Assembly: GCA_964510945.1 (NCBI GenBank)
Contig: CAZEED010000001.1
Coordinates: 98,774-162,773, forward strand
DNA length: 64,000 bases
Origin: an uncultured Candidatus Saccharibacteria bacterium
GTDB taxonomy: Bacteria > Patescibacteriota > Saccharimonadia > Saccharimonadales > JAGQNJ01
Reading direction: 5' to 3'
Position numbers and translations under genes: made by a program. The notes beneath the pieces were generated by a model, which did not search any database, was not told the DNA's origin, and was given only the letters and a program-made list of their open reading frames with translations. Within the stretch, counting starts at the first letter, position 1; each line of letters begins with the position of its first letter. Shown here piece after piece: positions 50,698-59,917 of the stretch.

Positions 50698-51645
50698 GTG
50701 AGCAGTCAAATGTCAAAATCAATTTATACACCAGGAGTAGTCACCGTAGACGACCATAGCAAAACAAGTGCAACGTTCGTCATTGAACCACTTCATACTG
50801 GATATGGTATGACTCTAGGGAATAGCCTTCGTCGAGTACTGTTATCTAGTATTTCAGGAGCATCTATCACAGCATTTAAAATTGAAGGTGTAACTCATGA
50901 ATTCACCGGAGTTCCAGGTATCAAAGAAGATGCTGTTGATATCATGCAGAACCTCAAAGGCGTCAATTTCAAAGTATTTAGTGAAGAGCCTCAGACGTTA
51001 AGGATCGTGAAAAAAGGTAGCGGGACAGTTACCGCAAAAGATATTGAAGTTAACGCAGATGTCGAAATTGTCAATCCTAAGCACGTTATATGCACGATTG
51101 ACGATTCTAAAGGTTCTTTTGTTGCCGACATAGTTGTCGAAACAGGTAGAGGCTACCGTCCAATCGAAGAAGGGGCACTACGAAAACCAAGTGATATGAT
51201 CGCAATTGATGCAATCTTTGGACCAGTACAGAGGGTTCGATATAAAGTTGAGCATACTCGTGTTGGCCAAATGACTGACCTAGACAAGCTAATAATTGAT
51301 GTAGACACTGACGGTTCTATATCTCCAAGCGATGCGTTTGAAGAAGCGGCTGCTATTTTAGTTAATCAATATACTGCTCTAGCTGGCCAGACTCGTGTTA
51401 AAGCGGCAGCACCAATTACTGCTGAGCCAGAAGTTGAAAACGCAGTTGAAGAACAAACAGAACTAATGACCCCAATCGAAGACCTCAACCTATCAGCCCG
51501 AACAACCAACGCACTTGTAAATAATGATATCCATACCTTAAAAGACCTATTTAGTCTTAGCGACATTGAATTACGAGAGCTAAAAGGCTTTGGATCAAAA
51601 GCACTAGATGAAGTGAAAGATAAAATGGCGGAACTGGAGCTGTAA
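50698..51645 (+). CDS. rpoA: DNA-directed RNA polymerase subunit alpha
   Basis: Alpha NTD dimerisation region and CTD (NLSARTTNAL). Confidence 0.93.
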   Translation: MSSQMSKSIYTPGVVTVDDHSKTSATFVIEPLHTGYGMTLGNSLRRVLLSSISGASITAFKIEGVTHEFTGVPGIKEDAVDIMQNLKGVNFKVFSEEPQTLRIVKKGSGTVTAKDIEVNADVEIVNPKHVICTIDDSKGSFVADIVVETGRGYRPIEEGALRKPSDMIAIDAIFGPVQRVRYKVEHTRVGQMTDLDKLIIDVDTDGSISPSDAFEEAAAILVNQYTALAGQTRVKAAAPITAEPEVENAVEEQTELMTPIEDLNLSARTTNALVNNDIHTLKDLFSLSDIELRELKGFGSKALDEVKDKMAELEL

Positions 51646-51646
51646 T

Positions 51647-52132
51647 ATGCATCGACACGGATATCAGGGAAGAAAGTTTGGCAGAGAGCGCGATCAGCGT
51701 AAATCTCTTATTAAGTCATTGGCTGATTCTTTGATTATCCATGAATCGATTGAAACAACCCTAGAGAAAGCTAAAGAAGTTAATCCGTACGTAGAAAAGC
51801 TAATAACCAAGGCAAAAAAAGGCGGGTTAGCTAATCGACGATACATTATTGCGCACCTTCAGACCAAAGAAGCATCACACAAGCTTGTTGATGGTATTGC
51901 ACCCCAACTAACCGGCCGAACCAGCGGACACCTTAGGATTGTAAAAACTACTTCTAGGCGTGGCGATAATGCCCAACTTGCTAGAATTAGTTTTGTTGAC
52001 GAACTTAAGCAGATTACTGCCGAAGAGTCTGCAAAAAAATCTTTAAGTAAACCAAGTGAGACATCACAAACGAAAAAAGTCGCTACAAAAATGACAGTAG
52101 CAAAAAAACCAGTTAAGGCGGAGAAAAAATAG
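51647..52132 (+). CDS. rplQ: 50S ribosomal protein L17 with Lys-rich C-terminal extension
   Basis: L17 core plus K/A-rich tail. Confidence 0.9.
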   Translation: MHRHGYQGRKFGRERDQRKSLIKSLADSLIIHESIETTLEKAKEVNPYVEKLITKAKKGGLANRRYIIAHLQTKEASHKLVDGIAPQLTGRTSGHLRIVKTTSRRGDNAQLARISFVDELKQITAEESAKKSLSKPSETSQTKKVATKMTVAKKPVKAEKK

Positions 52133-52573
52133 ATGAAAACTTATAGTGCCAAAAATACCGATGTAGAACGCAAATGGTGGCTGGTTGATGCTTCTGATTT
52201 AACTTTAGGTAGATTATCAACTGTTATTGCGACAAAACTCACAGGCAAAGATAAACCTATATTTAGCCCTCACGTTGATTGTGGCGACTATGTAGTAGTA
52301 ATAAACTCAGATAAATTAGTAGTTACTGGCGATAAACTTAACAAAAAGACTTATTATCGACATAGTGGCTTCCCTGGAAATCTTAAAGAGTCTAGCCTTC
52401 AAGAGCAAATCGATAAGGATTCGAGAAACGTAATTATATACTCGGTACGCGGAATGCTACCTAAAAACAAGTTACAAGACCCTAGAATAAAACGATTAAA
52501 AGTGTACGCTGGACCTGAGCACGATAACACCGCACAACAGCCAACAACGCTAAATCTTAAGGAAGGTAAATAA
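52133..52573 (+). CDS. rplM: 50S ribosomal protein L13
   Basis: L13 family sequence. Confidence 0.93.
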   Translation: MKTYSAKNTDVERKWWLVDASDLTLGRLSTVIATKLTGKDKPIFSPHVDCGDYVVVINSDKLVVTGDKLNKKTYYRHSGFPGNLKESSLQEQIDKDSRNVIIYSVRGMLPKNKLQDPRIKRLKVYAGPEHDNTAQQPTTLNLKEGK

Positions 52574-52974
52574 TGGCTATAAAAAACGCATATTTCTATG
52601 GTTTAGGACGAAGAAAAAGTGCCTCAGCACGAGTCAGGATTTCGGGCGGTAGCGGAAAATTCATTATCAATGATCACACAGCTGAAGATTATTTCGCTAA
52701 TAGTAAAAATTTGCTAAATGAACTAACAAAACCATTTACTGCGGTTGATCTAGTTAATAAGTTTGATGTTAGCGTTAAAGTTATTGGTGGAGGACACAGT
52801 GGACAAGCTGATGCCATTATCCTAGGTATTTCAAAAGCACTTGCAGTTATGAACGAAGATCTTAGAAGCACATTGCGTCGTGCAGACCTACTCGGTCGCG
52901 ATCCAAGAGAGAAAGAACGTAAGAAGTTCGGACTCAAGGGCGCTCGTAAACAAAGACAGTTCACAAAACGATAA
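52573..52974 (+). CDS. rpsI: 30S ribosomal protein S9
   Basis: S9 family with the GGGxxGQ motif. ATGA overlap with rplM. Confidence 0.93.
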   Translation: MAIKNAYFYGLGRRKSASARVRISGGSGKFIINDHTAEDYFANSKNLLNELTKPFTAVDLVNKFDVSVKVIGGGHSGQADAIILGISKALAVMNEDLRSTLRRADLLGRDPREKERKKFGLKGARKQRQFTKR

Positions 52975-53014
52975 TTTTCAAATTTTTGAGTAAAATAACA
53001 TTTTCGCAGTTTCA

Positions 53015-53392
53015 ATACTTTTGACCGCCAAAAGTATGACAAAAGCTCGGGCTTAACGTTTTTTCTTGACTAACTCACTAGTCAAGACAAACAACAGTCT
53101 GCGGAACTCCCCCGCACCTATTGCTTAGACAAAAGGTGCGGGGTCAGACAGTCCTCGCCTGATAGTTGTTTGTTTGACCTGAGTCATCAGGAAAAAGCCG
53201 ATGCCCAACACAAAAAACAACCCCGCAACGTTAGTCTGGTCGTTGGCCAGATAAACGATGAGTATTACATATTGTTGGCATCCGGCTTGTCCTGAATAAC
53301 TTCGTTAAAGTAACAACAAAAAAGGCGAGGACTGTTTGAAGTTAGTAGTATGCCTGAGTGGCATATTACTAACAAGTTTCGCAGTCTGTTGT
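53015..53392 (+). ncRNA. Structured RNA-like element, copy 2 (full length ~380 nt) with nested long-range helices
   Basis: 5' module homologous to 37799-37990. 16-bp helix 53145-53160/53323-53338. 13-bp helix 53091-53103/53380-53392. Local hairpins 53015-53037, 53067-53088, 53110-53143, 53344-53368. No ORF. Confidence 0.35.
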
Positions 53393-53657
53393 TATCTTTA
53401 ACTAGAAGTTATATAAAGACAAACGAAAAGCCAAGAGTTTTGTATTACTTTGGCGATACAAAGTAATAGTTTTTGAATTATATTTACAAAATTTCTGACA
53501 TGATTGATAATACTTGACAAATTATATATGAAGCTGTATTGTCTTATGGTTATGTTTCAAAACATTATAAACAACACAACTTATTGGTTTACCTCCAAAT
53601 ATTCATGGCGGCAAACTTCGTATTGTCTATAAAATAACAAACTATCAAGAAATATTA

Positions 53658-53680
53658 ACCGCCACCAAGGCGGTTTTTTA
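53658..53680 (+). terminator. Rho-independent terminator (accgcc/ggcggt + T6) upstream of the GC-richer cassette
   Basis: 6-bp GC stem, 5-nt loop, T-tract. Lies 20 nt before the ATG at 53700. Confidence 0.6.
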
Positions 53681-53699
53681 ATAGTAAAGGAGAATAATC

Positions 53700-53960
53700 A
53701 TGATAAGACCAGAGCATAATCCAGAGAGAGTAACGGCAGGTCTACCGGACCAGATAGAATCAATCCCGAGTAGATTGCTAATTGCTCTAGATCAAGGAGT
53801 AATTAAAGAATCAGATTTAGTACCAAATATTGCAGCGACTATAAGCAGTAATCATAGGCCCGAAGTTGACCCACCATTAAATATTCATGAACAAGTAGAA
53901 CGAACCAGACACATAAATCAATTAGCAGCTAGCTGCGTAGAACAATTTTCAAAACAATAA
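53700..53960 (+). CDS. Hypothetical protein (86 aa), first gene of the cassette
   Basis: Strong RBS AAAGGAGAA. No recognisable motifs. Confidence 0.45.
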   Translation: MIRPEHNPERVTAGLPDQIESIPSRLLIALDQGVIKESDLVPNIAATISSNHRPEVDPPLNIHEQVERTRHINQLAASCVEQFSKQ

Positions 53961-54025
53961 GATTTAAGGAGAAAATATCATGCAAACTATAACAACAGAA
54001 CAATTACATACAGCAACTGAAGCAC

Positions 54026-56200
54026 TTGAACGACGGGGGTTGGTTTGGCTCGCCTGAAATTGCAGCCATACGCTTAAGAGGATATCCGTACGAGCAAGTT
54101 ATCGACGGAGAACCTCACGACAGTACAGATACTTTAAATGGCTTTGCACGTAACGAGAGCTATGAAAACAATCTTGCCCTAAAGCTAGCTGAGCACGAAC
54201 CAGACCTAGAACCACTGCGAGAACTCGGATTTCATGGACTAGATGCCAAGGTGAAAAGCCCTGGTGCCCTAACCTATGAAGAGGCTTTTAGCCTAGCGAC
54301 CTTCGTATGCCTAACAAGCAACAGAGAGCTACACAAGGCTTTTGAGCCTGAGCTAGCAGGTATTGGTGAGCCGGAAACTTTGCGTCTTCAGGCGGTTTCA
54401 TTGCTTCAAGGCATGTCAACTCGTGAGAGCCTGATCGGTTTTGAACCACAGGAAATTGCTGGAATGGTAGCCGCTACTTTAGAGCTAGATACCGTGGCTC
54501 GAGTAGCATCCCCTAGCGAAACCCCGACATTCATTGTTGGCGGTATGGGCGGTGATAGGGGTATACCCTCTCACGGGGAGCAGTCAAAACTATTTAGTAC
54601 CTCTACGCTTGCTTCAATAGCATTGGCTGGACTCGTGGCTGTTCATAAGCATCACTCTTACCCCAATACATCCAAAGCAGCTGGCCAATCAGCTATAGAA
54701 GCTTTGGGCGCAAGATCCGATATGGAGGATGCCGCAACTATGGAACTGGCACTAGGCATATCTGGAATGCTTATGACGAGTTGTCATAGCGTAAGAACCC
54801 TGCACACCATATCCCATATTCTTAAGGGAGAAACAGTCAATCACGCTATCGGGCCTTTGGCGGTTCCGCATGCCAGCAGCGATAAAGTTAACGCTCTAGT
54901 TGGCGTGAACCATAATGTTCACCCGACAACAATCATTGAAACCTTGCGTGTACTACAGACTAAAGGTATCCAAGACTACGGTAATAGCGTAGCGTTTTGT
55001 GGAGTTACTGCTCCGGTTGAAGAGCTCCCTGCTGAGATCTTAGACCCTAAAGCTTACTATGCTGCTCCTGATCTAAAGGAGTTAATCATGCTGGATGAAG
55101 TAGCGCCACCACCATTTGTAACGATGGCATCATTCTTAGTTGATGGCCAATCAAGTGGACCGTATTTAATCGAACCAATTGACTTCATGGAAGCCGAAGA
55201 GGCAGAAGCTATGTCATCAGATGGATTGCTGATTCCAAATACCCTGGAAGACATCATGACAGCCAATAATGCGGTCATCCAGGCCCAGGATCATATGAAG
55301 ACAAAGTACGTGGCGATGACCGTTGCTTTGGCCAACTTCGCGAGAGATTATGCGCATCTGCCTGACGCACTTGATGTGGATGCTCGTACTGTGAACAGAG
55401 CCTATCTTCGAGCATGTTTTAGAGCTGCTGTAGAAAATATGAGCGATGGGTCTATGGAGAACACAACAAGACTCTACGGCGAAGCAACGCAGAAAGACAT
55501 GCTTCCAAACATAGATGTGGTGGTCTTGGATATCGATAACACCTTGATTCGCCCTAAAAACCAAGACTTCTACGAACAATACTCAGAAGCTGTAAACTTG
55601 GCCATTGCTAACTATCTTGGCGTTAACCTAGAAGAAGCTACAAAAGTTGCGGACTTTTTCAGGGAAAACTTTGGTGGTGGCGAACAAGCCTTGTTTTCAG
55701 GAGCTGTTGGGGATTACTTTCCACAATACGGGAATCCTAGCCCTGACTTCGAGCTGCTTTACGATGCTATGTCCCAGATCAAGATTGATGGTCAATTTGG
55801 TGATGATGGCTTGAGTGCCAAGCTAGTTAAATTACTACGAGCCAAAGGCAAGAAAGTTGTAGCTATGACCGATTCGCCTGAAAGTCTATCGAGGCAGACA
55901 CTAAAAGCATGCGGCTTCGACCCAGATTCTGATTTTGACCTGTACGTTCCCTACACCAAAGAATCCGGTCCCCCGAAAATCGTGCAGGCCGATGAGGCTT
56001 TCAAGAGCATCGCTGACTATTTCGAGGTAGATCCTAATAGAGTGCTGAGTGTGGGTGATAGTCTAACAAGAGATATTGTACCAGCAGAAAGGTCTGGTAT
56101 GAAAACGTGCCTTGTCTCTCAGTACGATGTGCCTGGATACGAAGGCCTACAAGTAACTAATCTTGCGGATACATTCCGCACATATAGGAGAAGTTTATGA
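54026..56200 (+). CDS. Fusion protein: glycosyltransferase family 3 (TrpD-like phosphoribosyltransferase/nucleoside phosphorylase fold) N-terminal and middle part + HAD-superfamily hydrolase C-terminal part
   Basis: TrpD-like blocks (GGMGGD, VHKHHSYPNTSKAAGQSAIEALG, NHAIGPL, MLDEVAPP). HAD motifs I (LDIDNTL) and IV (VGDSLTRD). Likely true start is ATG 53980 (AAGGAG RBS) joined by a +1 shift at the G5 run 54035-54039. Confidence 0.7.
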   Translation: MNDGGWFGSPEIAAIRLRGYPYEQVIDGEPHDSTDTLNGFARNESYENNLALKLAEHEPDLEPLRELGFHGLDAKVKSPGALTYEEAFSLATFVCLTSNRELHKAFEPELAGIGEPETLRLQAVSLLQGMSTRESLIGFEPQEIAGMVAATLELDTVARVASPSETPTFIVGGMGGDRGIPSHGEQSKLFSTSTLASIALAGLVAVHKHHSYPNTSKAAGQSAIEALGARSDMEDAATMELALGISGMLMTSCHSVRTLHTISHILKGETVNHAIGPLAVPHASSDKVNALVGVNHNVHPTTIIETLRVLQTKGIQDYGNSVAFCGVTAPVEELPAEILDPKAYYAAPDLKELIMLDEVAPPPFVTMASFLVDGQSSGPYLIEPIDFMEAEEAEAMSSDGLLIPNTLEDIMTANNAVIQAQDHMKTKYVAMTVALANFARDYAHLPDALDVDARTVNRAYLRACFRAAVENMSDGSMENTTRLYGEATQKDMLPNIDVVVLDIDNTLIRPKNQDFYEQYSEAVNLAIANYLGVNLEEATKVADFFRENFGGGEQALFSGAVGDYFPQYGNPSPDFELLYDAMSQIKIDGQFGDDGLSAKLVKLLRAKGKKVVAMTDSPESLSRQTLKACGFDPDSDFDLYVPYTKESGPPKIVQADEAFKSIADYFEVDPNRVLSVGDSLTRDIVPAERSGMKTCLVSQYDVPGYEGLQVTNLADTFRTYRRSL

Positions 56201-57060
56201 GTAACCCAGAAATTATCTATGAAGTTGGCGAAGGTAACCCTATCGTCGTCATCAACACAGGAACACATGGCAACGAATATCAACCAGTAGAAGCAGCTAA
56301 TCAGTTTGCGGAAAATTTTGACGGATCCGAGTTAGTAACGGGGACAGTAAGACTTATTGTCTCAAACCCCCCTGCCTTGGAGCAGAATAAAAGATTCTTA
56401 GACGAAGACTTAAATAGAGCTTTTCCTGGTGATCCATCTTCCCCAAGTCGAGAGGCAAGATTAGCCTCTCAAGTACTTGGGTTAGTTGATGATGCGGATT
56501 TTGTAGTTGATCTGCACACTGCTCCAGACGGACCACCTTTTACAATTTTGGGCTCAAGGGATAGATCAAGACTTGATCTTGCTGAGCTTGCGCCGGTTCA
56601 GGATATTGTTCTATTTGAAGCTACTGAACCATGCGCAATGGTTGATTTTACTAAGTGTGGTATAGGCATTGAGATAGGAGCTCACACGGACGAACAGTCA
56701 ACGCAAGAAGGGGTTTCAATTATCGAAGCATACCTCGAGCGATTAGGCCTAACTCCTTCGACCCTAACAGGTGGCCGTAAATACGCTTACTCAAGACGAG
56801 GCTTAGGCGATCTGTTCCCACATCAATACCATGAAGTATTTTCGCGCTTAACCAGAGCAGACATACCCGAAGATGCTATAGCACAACTCAAGAATCTTGA
56901 GCCAATAGATAGTGCAACACTGGGTTTGAACCTAGAGGAGCCCGTTGTTCATCCTGTGCTATGTGGCGACAAAGATTACTCTCCCGTCTTCTGCTACTTA
57001 GCTAAACCGGTGGATAGAGAAAGTCTGGGAGGAAGGAAACGATACAATGCTTATTTTTGA
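56197..57060 (+). CDS. Succinylglutamate desuccinylase/aspartoacylase (AstE/AspA) family zinc amidohydrolase
   Basis: Family hallmark GTHGNE near the N-terminus. Downstream DLH..P motif. ATGA overlap with the upstream gene. Confidence 0.72.
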   Translation: MSNPEIIYEVGEGNPIVVINTGTHGNEYQPVEAANQFAENFDGSELVTGTVRLIVSNPPALEQNKRFLDEDLNRAFPGDPSSPSREARLASQVLGLVDDADFVVDLHTAPDGPPFTILGSRDRSRLDLAELAPVQDIVLFEATEPCAMVDFTKCGIGIEIGAHTDEQSTQEGVSIIEAYLERLGLTPSTLTGGRKYAYSRRGLGDLFPHQYHEVFSRLTRADIPEDAIAQLKNLEPIDSATLGLNLEEPVVHPVLCGDKDYSPVFCYLAKPVDRESLGGRKRYNAYF

Positions 57061-57958
57061 TACTGACGCTGGGCATGACGATGTCTTAGCGATGCTGATG
57101 TTACTCAAGTCCAAACAGTTCGATGTGTTGGGCATAACTACGGTTGCCGGTAATTCAACGCTTGAAAATGCTACCCGTAATACCGCGTTTGCGCTTGATC
57201 TGTTAGGAAGACGCGATATTCCTATTTTTTCAGGCGCAGCTAAACCTCTCAAGAGACAGCTCGTCCAAGCGGTTGTTCACGGACATAGTGGTCTTGATGG
57301 TGCCGATACATCTAGAACTAGCTATACACTCACCAATAATGCTGTCAATAAGCTTATCGAGCTAGTTCGAGCTCACCCTTACGAAGTAACAATCCTGACA
57401 CTGGGGCCACTAACCAATATTGCAAAAGCATTCGAGGCTGACCCAGATCTTCCGACGCTTGTTAAGGGACTGGTCATTATGGGCGGTGTTGTTGATGGCG
57501 TTGGTAACAAAAACCGTGTCGCCGAGTTCAATATATTCGTTGACCCAGAAGCTGCCCATATCGTGTTTAGTGCAAATGTGAAAAAAACGCTCATTCCGTT
57601 TGATATATGTAGAGACATTGTTTTCCCGCTGAAAGACTTCGACAAGCTCAAAGGAACAAGCCTGCATAAGCCTGTTAAGAAAATGATGAAACCATTCATA
57701 TCTGGACTTAAGGCCGAAGAGGGAATCAACGGGGCGCTATTGCCTGATCCTATAGCAGCCTACTACCTATTAAACCCAAGAGTCTACACTATAAAACCAA
57801 TGGATATAGTCGTCGAAACATCTGGTAAGCATACTTCAGGAATGACAGTCATTGAAAAAAGAAAGAACAAACCACAAAAATATAATATAGAAGTAGCAAC
57901 AAGAATTATCGAAAATAAATTTAAACAACATTTCTTTAAGCTACTGAGGAAAGCCTAG
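57047..57958 (+). CDS. Inosine-uridine preferring nucleoside hydrolase family protein
   Basis: N-terminal DTDAGHDD aspartate cluster typical of IU-NH. Overlaps the previous gene by 14 nt. Confidence 0.8.
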   Translation: MLIFDTDAGHDDVLAMLMLLKSKQFDVLGITTVAGNSTLENATRNTAFALDLLGRRDIPIFSGAAKPLKRQLVQAVVHGHSGLDGADTSRTSYTLTNNAVNKLIELVRAHPYEVTILTLGPLTNIAKAFEADPDLPTLVKGLVIMGGVVDGVGNKNRVAEFNIFVDPEAAHIVFSANVKKTLIPFDICRDIVFPLKDFDKLKGTSLHKPVKKMMKPFISGLKAEEGINGALLPDPIAAYYLLNPRVYTIKPMDIVVETSGKHTSGMTVIEKRKNKPQKYNIEVATRIIENKFKQHFFKLLRKA

Positions 57959-58002
57959 AAGTTAATAACTAGGACGTAAATAATATATAATAGGAGAAAG
58001 TT

Positions 58003-59055
58003 ATGAGCAAACCACTTCAACAAGTTCAGGACAAGCCAGTAATTTTGACAGGCCTTCGGGCAAATAACGACTTGCACCTCGGTAGCTACCTAGGGGCGAT
58101 GTTACCTATGGCGCAGATGCAAAAGAAATATGGAGAAACCTATCAGTTGAATATGTTTATCCCTGACTTGCACAGTTTTACTACGCCTATCGACCACAGT
58201 AAGCTATACGAGCAATCAATACATAATCTAAAGTTATTTACAGCATCAGGACTAGATATAACTCATCCTGATACATATATATACCGTCAGAGTCGAGTAT
58301 CCGCCCATAGCGAATTAACCGTAATTTTGAACTGTTTTACCTATATGGGCGAGCTTCAGAGGATGACTCAGTTTAAAGAAAAGAGTGCGAAATCAGATTC
58401 CGTTTCTGTTGGACTTTTTGACTATCCGGTTCTTATGGCAGCGGATATTTTGCTTTACGGTGCAAAATACGTTCCGGTAGGGGCCGACCAGACGCAGCAC
58501 GTAGAACTAGCTCGAGATATTGCAATTCGCATGAACAACAAGTTCAACCGAGAATTATTTGTACTGCCAGAGGCCGAGAAAGATCAAATTGCCTTTGCGA
58601 CTCAAGACGAAAGATTACGCGTCAGGGATTTGCTTGATCCTTCTAAAAAAATGAGCAAATCTGACGAAACAGGTAAAGGAGTGATTTTCTTAGGTGATAG
58701 CCCTGAGACAGGTGCAAAAAAGATTATGAGCGCCACGACTGATAGTCTAGGTGAGATTAACTATGATTTTAATAAGCAACCAGGAATTAGTAATCTACTA
58801 GATATCTTAAGTGCACTTACCGATACACCAATAAAAGACACTGTCGCAAAATACAAAGGCCAAACACAATACGGCCCGCTAAAACAAGATGTTGCAGAAG
58901 CTGTAAAAAACTTCTTAACAAATTTCCAAACAAAATTAACGCAAGTTGATGAAAAAGCACTAATGGATAAGCTAGAAGAGTCAGAAAAAGCCATGAACAT
59001 AGTCGCAAACCAAACCCTACACAAAGTCCAAGAAGCCGTCGGTCTCCGTATTTAG
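58003..59055 (+). CDS. trpS: Tryptophan--tRNA ligase
   Basis: Class I HIGH-like motif (NDLHLGSYLG) and KMSKS. TrpS size. Confidence 0.88.
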   Translation: MSKPLQQVQDKPVILTGLRANNDLHLGSYLGAMLPMAQMQKKYGETYQLNMFIPDLHSFTTPIDHSKLYEQSIHNLKLFTASGLDITHPDTYIYRQSRVSAHSELTVILNCFTYMGELQRMTQFKEKSAKSDSVSVGLFDYPVLMAADILLYGAKYVPVGADQTQHVELARDIAIRMNNKFNRELFVLPEAEKDQIAFATQDERLRVRDLLDPSKKMSKSDETGKGVIFLGDSPETGAKKIMSATTDSLGEINYDFNKQPGISNLLDILSALTDTPIKDTVAKYKGQTQYGPLKQDVAEAVKNFLTNFQTKLTQVDEKALMDKLEESEKAMNIVANQTLHKVQEAVGLRI

Positions 59056-59056
59056 T

Positions 59057-59917
59057 ATGCAGAAAATCATAGTTGATCAGAATGAGAATACACGGCTTGA
59101 TTTGTTTTTAGTCTCAAAAATCCCCGAATTAAGTAGAAGTTCTATCGCAAAACTAATTAACGACGAAAAAGTATTAGTTAATAAAAAACCTTGTTCTAGT
59201 AAATATAAAACAAAGCTAGATGATGAAATAACTGTATATTTTGATCCTAGAGATTTGGATGAAATTCCAACAATCGATCTACCGATTTTGTATGAGGACG
59301 AAAACTGCGTTGTTATTGATAAGCCCTCGGGCATTTTAACGCATAGTAAAGGTGCATTTAATCCTGAGGCAACTGTAGCGACTTTTATCAGAGAAAAGAT
59401 AACGGATATAGACAGCGAACGGGCAGGTATTGTGCATCGACTAGATAGAGGCACTTCAGGTGTAATTATTTGCGCAAAAAACCAAAAGTCACTGGATTAC
59501 CTGCAAAAGCAATTTGCCGAGAGAAAAACAGTCAAAAAATATATCGCAATTATCGAAGGAGAGATTACCCCGAGCGAAGCCGTAATTGATATGCCGATTG
59601 CCAGAGATGTTAAAAATCCCAAAGCATTCTGTGTGAAAACAAGTGGTAAAAATGCAGTCACCAGCTATAAGGTACTAAAACAACACAATAACTATTCAAT
59701 GCTAAAACTAACCCCAAAAACCGGCAGAACTCATCAATTAAGAGTCCATTTATCACACCAAAAGCACCCAATTGTTGGCGACGACCTCTACGGCGGCAAG
59801 CCATTTAATAGAATTCTGCTTCATGCAAAAGACTTAACAATAAACTTGCCGGAAGGAAAAACAACGACTTTTGAGTCCAAACTGCCGTCCGAATTTACAG
59901 ATATAATGGATATATGA
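59057..59917 (+). CDS. RluA-family 23S rRNA pseudouridine synthase (RluD-like) with N-terminal S4 domain
   Basis: Catalytic HRLDRGTSG motif. S4-like N-terminus. Confidence 0.85.
   Translation: MQKIIVDQNENTRLDLFLVSKIPELSRSSIAKLINDEKVLVNKKPCSSKYKTKLDDEITVYFDPRDLDEIPTIDLPILYEDENCVVIDKPSGILTHSKGAFNPEATVATFIREKITDIDSERAGIVHRLDRGTSGVIICAKNQKSLDYLQKQFAERKTVKKYIAIIEGEITPSEAVIDMPIARDVKNPKAFCVKTSGKNAVTSYKVLKQHNNYSMLKLTPKTGRTHQLRVHLSHQKHPIVGDDLYGGKPFNRILLHAKDLTINLPEGKTTTFESKLPSEFTDIMDI

Noticed and set aside
53015-53392. RNase P RNA, tmRNA, SRP or 6S identity for the structured element
   Set aside because: I could not find the universal RNase P P4/CR-I motifs (AGGAAAGUCCGGGCUCC, ACAGAARCCGGCUUA), a tmRNA tRNA-like end (..GGUUCGA..CCA) or SRP domain IV. 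The presence of a second partial copy also argues against a single-copy housekeeping RNA. Left as unknown.
58003-59055. Functional link between the TrpD-like fusion and adjacent trpS (tryptophan connection)
   Set aside because: Adjacency alone is weak. trpS sits in the native low-GC context while the cassette is GC-richer, suggesting independent origin. Mentioned only in passing.
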